From Haliotis rufescens (lineage: Eukaryota), in NCBI RefSeq assembly GCF_023055435.1, contig NW_025963879.1, positions 558,001 through 622,000 of the forward strand: 64,000 bases of DNA. Reading direction: 5' to 3'. The notes beneath the pieces were generated by a model that worked only from the letters and a program-made list of their open reading frames with translations, ran no database searches and had not been told where the DNA came from. A program made the translations under genes and the position numbers. Shown here piece after piece: positions 24,801 through 36,654 of the stretch (positions within the stretch are counted from its first letter, which is position 1; each line of letters starts with the position of its first letter).

Positions 24801-26741
24801 AGTAGTAGTTGTAGGAGTGGTAAGAGTAGTAGGGGTAGTGGGTGCAGCTGTTGTAGTAGTGGGAGCAGCTGTTGTAGTCGTGGGAGCAGCTGTTGTAGTA
24901 GTGGTTGTAGCGGCAACAGTTGTTGGAGAACATTGTTGTACTCCCACACATCCGCAGTATACAACAGAGCTTTGAGGTCTATAATAGTAGCAGCCTCTCC
25001 TGGAGTACCGGGATCCATAGTAGTAGGAAGCATCTGAAACAAACAAGACACGCGATATTCACACACGGGTTTATCGGCAAAATGTGTGTTTTGTGCGTCG
25101 AGGGATTCGACGGGACTGACAACTGTAAAACGAATGAGACTGTGTGAGGCAATCTGTTTGAATCGGGTTATTTTTCACGGAAAGAAAGATTACAAATAAG
25201 CTTCTCAATCAAAGAATCACCATCAAAGTCCTGGTTAAGTCATTTCAGAACGTGTATGGTGAATAGCTAAACATTTAAAGTAATTTGCCCCTGGCTTGGC
25301 AACATGATGCGCTGTTCTCTCCCATGCAATGACCTTCACATGGAGTGTTTGAACCACCTAACTCACTGGCTCCATATTGAGAGGGTGCTATTGGTAGAAC
25401 AGGACATAAAACATGTGCTAACCATTTTCGCAAACACGTGGTATCATTAATGAATTTCCGTGATGCCTTCACACATTTTCCATCACTTATTTGCCTTTAA
25501 CGCCCTGTGGTTGGTTGGTTGGTTTGTTGTGTAACGCCGAACTCAGCAATATCCGAGCTTTATGACGGCGATCTGTAAATAATCGAGTCTGGACCAGACA
25601 ATCCAGTGTTTGATATCATGAGCATCAATCCACGCATTTGGGATCAATGACATGCATCAACCAAGTCAGCGAGCCTGACCACCCTATCCCGTTAGTCGCC
25701 TCTTACGACAAGCATAGTCGCATTTTACGGCAAGTATGGGTTGCGGAAAACCTATTCTTCGCCAGATCTTTACGGGTCTTTTCGTTGCGTATTACCACTT
25801 GGGAAAATGGCATTTGAGATGGCGACATGAATAGATCATTCATTCAATAATGCACTTGATTAATATTTATCAGCGAAAAAACATATATTATGTGTTTGAT
25901 TACTTCTCTGCTTACGCTAACGAGGTCATTCAGTTGCCATTGACAGATATGCCGTCATGCAAAGTATTACGACGTACGTCAAAACATTCGAGCTTGGCAA
26001 TATGCATGTGTCACAGTTCACAGTACATCTATTTCGGACAGCCATTTTCATTTACAGTGTCGATGAAGCTCATTTTTGCACATTTGAAGGTGTTATTCCG
26101 TTTTTGATACCTGCCATTTAATATTTGAAATTTCTGTATTACGCGGAGTAACAACAAGTATCATATCTTGGTAATCGAACCACAGACCTTTCGCTTTCTT
26201 GAGTGTTCTAGAGTGATACTAGGAGAATTACTAGTCCGTTGCTTTGATTCACCACAAAATGTTCTTGCCACTGAGTTAAACTAATTCGTAATTAACAGCA
26301 ATAAACACCTTCTTGAACGAGTCCATTATACCATTGCGACTGTACCATGAGCATGTGTTCTTTAACCACTATCAAACAGTGATAATATCAAGTGTTCGCG
26401 AAAAGAAACTATTGGCATTGGGGCCTGTTTGGGGTGAAAAAATCAGCATGGCTTTAGCAGTTACCTCGTTATACGAACTTCGGGAATTGTATGTAATAAT
26501 ATATGTATAATTGCACTTATTACTTACAATATCGAGCCCATCCACAGTTGTTGTTACCGTTACGGCAGCAGTCTCCCGAGTAGTCGACGTAGCTGTAGCG
26601 GGGCCTGAAGTGTCGCAGTGTAGCTTGACTTTCAGCCTTCATAGCACTTTCATAATTCTCTGTCTGATACTTCATGGAGAGATATTCGCAACTCACCATC
26701 ACTGCCAGTGATAGGCAGACTAGTATGGGTAGGCAATTCAT
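21871..26741 (-). CDS. Subfamily A paralog A1: secreted S1 pseudoprotease with Tyr/Cys-rich domain and Thr-rich linker, ~404 aa, 7 exons
   Basis: complement(join(26528..26741,24770..25033,24302..24497,23528..23571,23074..23235,22462..22625,21871..22041)). GT-AG introns, 1215 nt in frame. Near-identical to A2, with GDFGGP at the catalytic-Ser motif. Confidence 0.88.
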
Positions 26742-26797
26742 TCTGCTGTGTGTGGAGCTGTCAAGGCGCTGGCGTTCAAACAGGAGGGAGAAGGGGT

Positions 26798-26804
26798 ATT
26801 TATA
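26798..26804 (-). promoter_or_regulatory. TATA box of A1
   Basis: TATAAAT 57 nt upstream of the ATG at 26741. Confidence 0.65.
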
Positions 26805-29800
26805 CTAAGATGGATTTCGGTGGAGGAACTGCCGTGGGATTTTTTTCTATTTAAACAGTGATTCAAACACTACAGGGTTTGTTTTCGATGTTGAACCAGC
26901 TGTTGTAGAAGTACATATCATAGAATATACCAATGTTTGTCATACAAAGATGGGCTTTACAGAAGCGTTTCAACACAAGATACGACACCTAGAATACTTC
27001 CTACAGCACAAGTGGGGATGCTGAATTCATGCATTTCAAGGTTCGAAACAAACTTAGGGGCAAAATATAGTATCCCCAGTTTGTTTTATATAATTGAAAT
27101 TTGAAAGAACCTTTGTTAAATTTGATTATGTCTATTTAATTAACCATCACTTATTCCTGTAACCGTCTGTAAAACGTAATCTATGGATGGGTAATTTTGT
27201 GTTAAAATAATTTGGTTCAATGAAGACTTGTGTAAGAAATGAATTTGTACTCACTTGACCTCTACAATGTTTGAAATGCAAATTTATTGAGTTTCAAAGA
27301 TGTCTAAGATACCTATCGGCAGTTTTGTATTATGGAATGTTTCAAAATGCTTTTAAAAAGTTTTAAATCAAATTATATTTAAAAAAACACGTACAATTAT
27401 TCTTTGAGTGCTGAGTGCATCTTTTGGATGAAATATCGCTAACTTAACATATTTTCAATTGAAAATTAAACATCAACTCAATTGAAAGGTAAATTGCTTT
27501 TGCGACGCAGTTTTATGTATGTAACTATAAAAAGTGGTGAGACATTTGCAATTATTCTCTTTCTGAATATAAAATAGACCATAACACCATGTGTCGGTCT
27601 TGCAAATAGCTGATTTCAATAATGCGACTTAAAACACCTATCTTTTCGCACTACAATTATAACCAACGATACAAGCTCTGAAGGTATCTGTGTTGAAGTT
27701 TACGAGCCATAATGCCTTAATTGCTGTGTTTATCTATGTTGGGATCCGGGGTAGAATGTGTCATAAAACCATACTCACTCACTCTTTTTTTCTTCTTTTT
27801 TTTTCTTTCTTTCTTGAATTTTGAGGAATTTGAGAAATTTAAAAATGTAACAGATTCTCGATTCCGATTCCCAGAAGGCGGTTGCTCATGGGCGAATCTA
27901 GTACGTTACACTACTGGAATATATCTATCCTGTAACCTCTTGGTGTTAGTCTGCTGGAGATCCACTGACATTTAATATTCCCGGTATAGGCGCTCCGTGG
28001 GGTCGGTAAACGTGATTGTTTAAACGTATTCTTATTACCATGGCACAACAAATTTTAAAAAGTACTGATTCAGAAAGTGAACTTTTCCGATGATGAAACA
28101 CTTGCTCGCTTGTGATATTCTGAGAAAGACACTTGGCTCAAGTACATTGTGCTTGAGGCCACTGAAGAACACAAATTAACATGATGTTTACCCTTTCTAC
28201 TATAAAAAAAAGCAATAAAAGTAAAAGCAGGGAATGTCTGATGTTACAAAACTGAAGTGTGGCGACCTGCTGGTGGAATGCAAAACTCATAAACAATCTG
28301 CAACACTTTTGAATGAACTACACGAGTATCATGTTTTGTTAGTTTGCTCCGGTTATAACACGGGTGGATCACTTACCACAGAAATGTTGTGAATATCCGA
28401 TCAAACAAAGAAATTATTATCACTATGTCTAAAACTGATTGTAAAGTAATTAAACGTTTAGCTATATTTTATATCTGTCAAGCGATGGCACTTCGTAGTA
28501 CATTATTGTCAGAACAATAAGATCTGTGTACACCACGTCCATTGTAATACAAATGTAACTATGGGCCGATGGCCTACACCTACGAAATAAACCGAATTGA
28601 ATTGAATTAACTAAACCAGCAGATATCAAGATCGAAATTTATGCATAAATCACTCAACTTCAATAAGGGGATCGTCCGTGATCGTGATCGTAGTTGAAAT
28701 GACCTCTCGGTTGATGAACTTGTTTCTGAGCTTAGAGATCAAGGTGTTTTTGAAGCAAAACGTTTCACGTTTAAGGGAGATGGGAACTTTTAACCTTCCA
28801 ACATTTATCTCTTGATGTAAGGAAATGATTTATGGATGAACAGCTCAGTACTCAGTATTCCATTTTCTAAATGCCTCTCAAAGAAGTTATGAGGATTGAT
28901 TTGTGAAAACCATGTGAAAACTGCTTCAAATGCCAACAGTTTGGTCATGCTCAAAATTGAAGTAGAAATGAAGGCTCTGCTTGTAGTGCTACCCTCAAAT
29001 GTTCTAACTGCAAAGAAGCACACATGGCATATTCCCCTGAGCGTCCTGTGTTCAAATTTGAGTCGGCTGTGTAAGGGGTTAAGTCTGAGCAAACTATTGG
29101 TTACGTTGATGCACGAAAGAAAGTTCCTGCTAATTCTTCTGCAGGACCAACTAAAATATCTTATGTCACTGCCCTAAAACCCACCAAAAGTTACATACAT
29201 GGCCACACTTCTGAAAAGAAAGTGGGTAGAGATAGATCACCTGTTCACCCTCCATGAATCATAATATCATACAATGTAACTGCCGAGGAATTAAAGCTAA
29301 TTTTGAAGAAATGAACCTTCTAGCCGAAGATTAGAACCGTTTAGTCTCCAGGAAACATGAGATGGTCAGCAATTTAATTTACATCAGTAGGATACATATA
29401 GTTCGTTTGTAAGAGTTTCTTATGGTAAGGCGTATGGTGGCACACATATACCAGTAAAACAGGGATCGCCTCAAAGCCCTATTGCACTAAATACCTTCAG
29501 GCTGTTGCAGTGTGTATAACTTTGTATATTACAACAATAACTCTGTGTTCCTCATATATACATCCATCATCTGCTCTTCAACTCAGGGATCTGGATAATC
29601 TCATTGACCAGCATCCCAAACCATTTTTGATTATGGGGGACTTGAATGGTCACAAATCGTATTTGGTTCGTCCGATCATAAAGATATAGGAAAAGTGACA
29701 GAAGAATTATTTGATAAGCATTGTCTATGCCTTCTTAATGATGGAAGTAACACATACTTCAATCCAGGATAATGTTGGATTTGCCCATTTCTGACACTCT

Positions 29801-30250
29801 TTAATGATCTTTTTTCAGTTCATGGTCAGTTAATGGTGATTTGTGCCGCACTGATCACTTTCCTACCGTGCTTAAAGCTATATCTCCCTTTGTGGATAGT
29901 TTCATTTCCAAATGACAATTTTCCAAGGCTGTGAGGCTGTCGTTTAGTTTCTTTTGCAGTACTAAATTGAAAGCTAATCATTTTATGAATGATCATGAAC
30001 TTCTTAAACATTGCCACTGAAGCTATCTCTAAAACCTATACAACTCCACATGTTAGTACACCATGGTATAATGATGATTGAAAAAAAGCTAGAAACAAAA
30101 CAGGATAATGTCGGAAAGTGTATTCAATAAATATCCGACTAAAGATAACTTAAAACGCTTAAGGATATCAAAAGCATAAGCTCGTAGAACAATAAGGCAA
30201 AATAAACAAAGCAGCTGGAGACAATTTGGTTTCAAATTGACTACACGCAC

Positions 30251-30508
30251 TCTAAGGCGACGCGATTCGCTGGCAGAGTTGCGTCCCTTGGGCACACCAA
30301 AATCCTATGATTGTGGGTTCGAATCCCGGTTTTCCCCGATTATGTTTCCAGGTTTGTCAGCACCATACCCGTACTCGTGGGTTTCACCGAAGTGGTAAAC
30401 GTCTGAGACCTTCATCACTTCGGGCTTTCCTCCCACATTAAGCTGACACGCCGTGATATAACTGGAATACTGTTAAAAGCGGCGTTTTACCCAACTCACT
30501 CACTCACT
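30251..30508 (+). mobile_element. tRNA(Leu-like) SINE, 5'-clipped, with (ACTC)n tail
   Basis: Identity to the other copies and ends aactcactcactcactc. Confidence 0.8.
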
Positions 30509-30509
30509 C

Positions 30510-31664
30510 TAGTTGTAGAAGGGATTGTGCTGACGTCCAAAACGACACTCGTATCCGGTCTGGTTCTCTCTTCATAGAATGTGCATAGAGGCAGCAATCC
30601 AAACATTTGCTGAATGCACATCATTTGGCCGATACTGTTATTACTGTCTCAGTTCATAAATCTCTGAATTCATGCAGGGGCATTTTCAGCGTCCGAGCCA
30701 AGTGTCTGTCTGACATTTCAGAAGGGGATCTTGAGATAGAGCTAAAAGGAGTAACATCTGTGAAACGATTCACAATAAAAGATCATGCTAGCGTTGTCAA
30801 TACCAACACATATCTATTTACATTTGCCCTTTCCAAGCTTCCAACTTATTTTAAAACTGGTTATTTCAACAACGGAGTGGATGTGTATATACCAAATCCA
30901 CTCAGATGTTTCAATTGTCAACAGTTTGGACATGAAGCCAGGTTATCTCATAACTCCCCAGTCTGCTCCCGTTGCAATAAGAATCACGACAGCACTGATT
31001 GCACAGGTAACATCAAATGTACTAACTGCAACGGTGGGCACATGTCCTCCTCAAAACAATGTCCAGTCTTTGGAAGAGAATAAAAAAGTATGAAGGTCAA
31101 ATATACGAACAATATTTCCTTTTCCGATGCAAAGAAATCGGTAAAAGAACAATCACCTACCTCTTTAAAATCAAGATCATACTCAACCGCACGCAGTTCC
31201 ACTCTCAAGCAAACAGTTGATCATGCATCTCAGACAGACATTTGCTGGGTAACAGACAACCAAAAAGTGTTATATTTCATAGCTGAGGAATTAAACTGAT
31301 CACCATCGTCTGAAACAGACTTATCTACAATTAATCGCTAACTAACAGGCACCTGTAATAGAGCCTGAGTCTGAGCCTAAACCTGAACCTGATCCTGAAC
31401 CTGAGCCGCAACATCTACTTTTATCAAGGAAGGAGAGAATGCAGTCACGAAAAAAAGGAATCAAGGGCACTCAAACATTTGAAGGTGCCTTCAACCATTC
31501 TGTTGAGGTTCATAATACCTTTGAGCTTCTTGATATGGAAGTGTCTCCATCTCTGTTATCTCTGTCATAACGAGGACCTTCCCCCCGTTTACGTTCTCCA
31601 ATTGAGCCTCGATGAGTTGCTCTCACAATATAATACAATGGAATTGCAGGGGACTTAGGCACAT
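30510..31664 (+). mobile_element. Second I/Nimb-like LINE remnant: ORF1 with three CCHC knuckles and the first codons of ORF2
   Basis: ORF 30607-31083 reads HKSLNSCRG...YIPNPLRCFNCQQFGH..CSRC..H..C..CTNCNGGH....C. IIQWNCRGLR occurs near 31628. A probable LINE 3' end with (ACTC) tail lies at ~31890-32215. Confidence 0.8.
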
Positions 31665-31886
31665 TGTAGATATCGCTGCTATGAAATTGCATCACAATGC
31701 GTTGCTGACCACTGTGACGTCATTGCTAGCATGACGTCACAATCAAATGACTGAGGCTGTCAGCAGTACTTTTTACACTTAAGACACTGCTTATTACTGT
31801 CTACAAACTGATAAAGTTGGAAGAATGATGTTAGATGATAAATAAAATCTCACCCTCGTGTCTTTTTTTTATCAAATATATCAACA
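31665..31886 (+). mobile_element. Possible solo LTR (222 bp)
   Basis: Imperfect inverted ends TGTAGATAT...ATATCAACA and an internal AATAAA; it interrupts LINE ORF2. No TSD found. Confidence 0.35.
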
Positions 31887-33129
31887 CTCGTTGATAAAAG
31901 TGGAAAAACTCCTCGGCAAGCCTCAGAGTTTTTCCACTCTGAAAGGTGTAAATCCTTCTGGGGAACCATGCAGGTAGCAGAGGTACCGTAAGTCCCCTTG
32001 GTCCCTAGTATGGTGACCTTACCTTTGTTCCTGGCGACTTGTAGTCCCAGGTTTATATTGTATCGGTTTAATCGGTTTTTACTGTTCAACTAATTTTAAG
32101 TCAAACTGTGATATATTGCTAGTTATAATACTGTCCTTCGTTTTGTATAACTTGGTCAAGTCACAGTATGGCTGAAATATTGCCGACGTGACTTAAAATT
32201 ATATTTTACTCACTCAATTCCCGTTGGTCGCCTCTTACGACAGGCATTGGTTGCTGAAGACCCATTCTAACCCGGATCTTCACGGGTTTTATTTGTATTA
32301 AAGTATACGAGCCATAACATTCTGGCGCTGTATTTATCTGTCTTGAACAATACGAATTTTAACACTACTAACGCTGTATTCATCTGTGAAATCCGCTTAA
32401 CATCGGTTTCTTATTGTAGTCTTGTTAAAAGCACGTAACCATTCCCAGTGTTCCCAAATAATGCTGAAATGCAGCAATTTGTTCATCCATCGAAACATTT
32501 TGATAATGAATTGATTAAAAACGAAAAGCTAATTTACAATCTTAACAGACTGATGGCCTGGACGCGTTCATATTTAAACCTCTCCTGGAACACGAACAGT
32601 CAAGTTGTCTTAAACTCCACAGAGGCGGATATGATAACAACCAGTAAAGCCATACACATGTATGTGTGAAGAGGTGACACTAAAATAGTACGATTATGTA
32701 TGACTCGGTATGGGAATAAGCCGATGAACACTCCAATGGTACCTTTAAGTTGACACTTCGTGATATAACTGAACTACTGTTTGAAGTGACGCAAAAACCA
32801 ACCCACTAACGCACATACTTGTATAAACAAACAACCCCACGACAGATGAGATACAGCTGGTGTGTAAGCCCAGCATCTCCGTCACACAGAAGCCACTCCC
32901 GTGCGGTCGTATTTACGTTCACTGTTTGTCTGTGTCAGCTGGTGGAGCATTGTTGTTTTAAGGTAGGCGCCACGTGCTCAGTTACCTGTGTGAGCCCTAC
33001 GTGTTTTTTTGTGTGGGTAAAACATCAACGACACAACTCATGGAAAGGAACGGTCTTATTCATGGTTGAAATTTATGCCGTCGTCTTCATTATTACGTGT
33101 CCAGAAGGGTTCATTCATTACTATCAAGG

Positions 33130-33597
33130 TGAGGTAGTGAGGTAAAATGGGGTTAAACGTCGCGTCCAAGATTATTGCATTTATATAGCGACGTGCATGT
33201 ACGTGTGTGTGTGTGTGGATGCTTGTACTAGTCCGGACTGATGCCGATTTATAGTGCTAGCTCACTGAGATACCATGCCGCAGTTTAGCATGAATACCAC
33301 ACTCAGACACAGTATACTGACTCCAAGCCGACCAGTCCTTGCTTTAGCCCCTTAATACCGAGCGCCAGATAGGGTAACAACAAGTAACATCTAACATAAC
33401 ACTTAACATGAATACCCCACTCCGACACAGTATACCGACTCCGAGCCCTTGTCTCAACCGCTAAATGCCGAGCGCCAGACAAGATAACAACAAAAACAAG
33501 TACCAACTTTTAACGTCTTTTAGTATGACGCGGCCGGGTATCGTACACCGGACCTTCCGGTCTCTGGACAGACGCTCTTCCTCGAGACCACAAGGAG
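33130..33597 (-). mobile_element. tRNA-derived SINE with internal (CA)n; other copies ~34448-34770, 50598-50950, 61026-61377; fragments near 205-290, 7340-7450, 9130-9215
   Basis: The 50598 copy shows tRNA boxes on the minus strand (TGGTCTAGTGG...GGTTCGATCCC). Dispersed copies occur in both orientations, and this copy has an internal duplication. Confidence 0.7.
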
Positions 33598-33854
33598 TAT
33601 GCAACCTTTTAAACCAATTGTAAAGGACCTTTCGCGTTTTTTTCTATAACTTGCTCCTGTCATGGTAATGTGTGGATTAAATTTATACTGGCATCCGAGA
33701 GTGGTTCCAGTCCAGGTTCGAACCCCCAAAAGGTCATGTTTGTTATTACGTCTCTATAAGTGTAATGTTCAGCCTGTGAGGATATTTTGATGAGTGTGAA
33801 TCGAACTGAGCTTGTAGCAGAATAGAGATAAATTACAACAATTAGAAAAACATA

Positions 33855-33860
33855 TTTATT
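33855..33860 (-). terminator. Polyadenylation signal AATAAA of B3 (equivalent sites at 43945-43950 and 54475-54480)
   Basis: AATAAA ~255 nt after the stop codon, inside a 3'UTR strongly conserved among all three B copies. Confidence 0.55.
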
Positions 33861-34112
33861 AAAATCATACTCTTCGCAATTGCTAAAACAACCAAATACA
33901 AACAACACATATTTTTCATAATCAACAACATATTTCCATTAATATAGAATAGACATATCTATCTAAACTCCTGTTTTAAACATGCAAAGGAAAACGTTGA
34001 AACTTGCACGTGTATACTGTGCACACAAGACATACCATATGACAATAACAAACAATAAACAATTCCGAGTAAACACACAAGAAGTAAAAAGTCCTTTCAT
34101 GTGTTAAACCAT

Positions 34113-36601
34113 CTAGCCAAGAGTAATCTTGGGTTTACCAAGAATAACTCGGGTTGCTTTTCTGCCGGTGCCAAGGACAATCTTATGTTTGTTAAATCTC
34201 CTGAAAGGCTGGTAGCCCAACAGAATAGACCCTTTCCCTCTACGTTCCACTCTGATAGCCGCAGCCTCCAGATTGTAGAAGCCAACGATGTCGGTGCCGT
34301 CGCAGGGCATGTTCTCAGCCTGACCGATGACTACAATTTCTCCGGTGGTAAGGGGACACATGATAGGAGCTCCAGAATCACCCTTAAAAAATACATTAGG
34401 TAAGGTTAGTAAACAAAAGCGATGAGAACCATTTAAATAATCATAAGAGGTGAAATCGGGTTTAACGTTGCACTTATATAGCGACGTGCTTGCACGTGCG
34501 TGTGTGGCTGCTTGTACTAGTCCGGACTAATGCCGATTTTATAGTGCTAGGTCATTGAGATACCATGCCGCATCAATTACACACTTAGACACAGTAAACT
34601 GACCCCAAGCCAACCAGTCCTAAGGCTTGTTTTATCCCCTTAATACCGAGCACCAGGCAGGGTGACAACAAGTACCATCTTGTAACGTATGGTGGTATGA
34701 CGAGACAGGGGATAGAACCCTGGATATGCCGCTCTCAGGGCAGACGCTCTACCACTAGACCTAAGAGGCGATATGAAATCTCTGCTGAAAGTACAGTCCA
34801 TTGTACGATTCAGACTATATCATTAGCATGAATTTATGAATCACTATCAAGTAGTGATGATCACACGTGTTCGTGAAAAGGTGAGCGGCACTCGTTGCAA
34901 ACACGTACATCTGAAAACACACGAGAACATGTCTTCCAGAAAACCTTGGCACACGTGTCAGAACCACAAGGCTACCCCCTTCTTAATGCATTGGGTCCTA
35001 GGTAATGTGAGGAAGTACGTTGTGTTATATATACGTACACCACAGGTAGAAGATCCTGTATTGAAGAAACAGTTGTACGTAAGACCAGTGCCAAAGAGGA
35101 CGGCTTGACCAGACGCCTGCAGGAGGGCGGGACAATCGGCCGTGGGCTGGAGACTTGGCACGGTGTAGAAGGATAATGTTGCGGGGTTCGTGCCTGAAAA
35201 GTAACACATGCTAAAAAATGAATGAATGTGTGCTGCAACCTTGAAAGACTTCTTAAACGAGACCAGATCGAGGAAGTCTTTCGAACTTTTCATGAGAATG
35301 AATATTTTTCTCAATCCCAATTTGTAAAAGCGTGCATTTGAAACATCCGACTAACGCCGTAGGGTCTAATAAAGTTTCCGGGCATCAAATACTCAATAAC
35401 ACCCGCAAATCTAAACACACATAACATTTATCTACTATAAATATCATATTCATTGCCTGAAAAATAAAGTAGCTGAAATAAACGTCGATCAATGTTTACC
35501 GAGGAACACAAAGCAGATTGAAAGAACATAGGAATTAACAGTTTCTTCCTAATTTTGTCATATGCTTTCTAAAGCCTGTATGATATACCTGCAATATCGT
35601 CATGTCCGGCACCGACAACGACGCAGCTTGTGAGGTCAATGTCATCGACCATGGCAGCGTCATAGATGCATGCAACGCCAGGGCAACTCGTGGAGCTGAT
35701 GGGCGTGGACAGAGTGATTGTGAACGGACCTCCTGTTGCGACGGTGGTGGCTAGGAAACGAGGCAAGACATATCGATATAAATATAAGATATTATGCCCA
35801 TTTTAACCCTAGTCCTACCATTTCACTGCGGTAGACATTATAAATGTACCATATAGGGAATCCAACCTTGGTCTTCGTGAGTGAGTGAGTGAGTGAGTGA
35901 GTGAGTTGGGTTTAACGCCGCTTTTAACAGTATTCCAGTTATATCACGGCATGTCAGCTTAATGTGGGAGGAAAGCCCGAAGTGATGCAGGTCTCAGACG
36001 TTTACCACTTCCGTGAAACCCACGAGCACGGGTATGGTGCTGACAAACCTAGAAACATAATCGGGGCGAACCGGGATTCGAACCCACAATCATAGGTTTC
36101 TGGCGTGCCCAAGGGACGCAACTCTGCACAGCGAATTGCGGCGCCTTAGACGACTGAGCCACCCGTGCCTCCCCCCCCCCCCCCCCCCCCCCCCTGGTCT
36201 TCGTCTGACGAGAGAGCGATTTAATCAGTAGCATCGGCTACCCTTCTTTATATTGTAAGTGTTTTTCATATTTCAATCATACCAGAGTAATATATTAACT
36301 TGGCCCCCCTATCGATGAATATATTTTCATTTGTCATTACATACTGTACATTGCATTCAGAGCTATGCATCAAAGTTGTTGTGCTCTCATCTCAATAGAT
36401 CTCTTGATTATGTGTCGCCATTACTTTGTTTCATAAGTTCGTGGATATTCCAGATATTAATGAAGATTTAGTTACTCGAGAAAAGGAAATCGTTCACTTA
36501 CTGTCAATTACAGGTAGAGTTTCAATGACGGTGCCAGTGGTTGGGTCTTGTAGTTCAAGCCTAAAATAGCATCGATATGCATATCAATGTTAAAGAACAT
36601 T

Positions 36602-36654
<53 letters not shown>

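Larger units (their letters stand above)
5105..30064. repeat. Tandem segmental duplication of the subfamily A unit: units ~5105-17460 and ~17461-30064; 1-5104 is the right part of a third unit
   Basis: Co-linear high identity across genes, introns and TE fragments. The same junction gtacaccatg|acttctttc occurs at 5104/5105 and 17460/17461, whereas at ~30064 the LINE continues uninterrupted. Confidence 0.85.

Noticed and set aside
1-30064. Treating the repeated units as purely an assembly artefact
   Set aside because: The units differ by TSD-bounded insertions with matching empty sites and have defined junctions. Some doubt remains because of the N gap and possible high heterozygosity; read depth is needed to settle it.
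34362-34382. Calling B3 an active trypsin because of GDSGAP
   Set aside because: The His57 and Asp102 equivalents are absent.
34101-34403. Plus-strand ~100-aa ORFs overlapping the last exons (also 44191, 54721, 7989, 21721)
   Set aside because: They start at GTG/TTG, lie antisense to conserved exons, and recur only because the paralogs are nearly identical.
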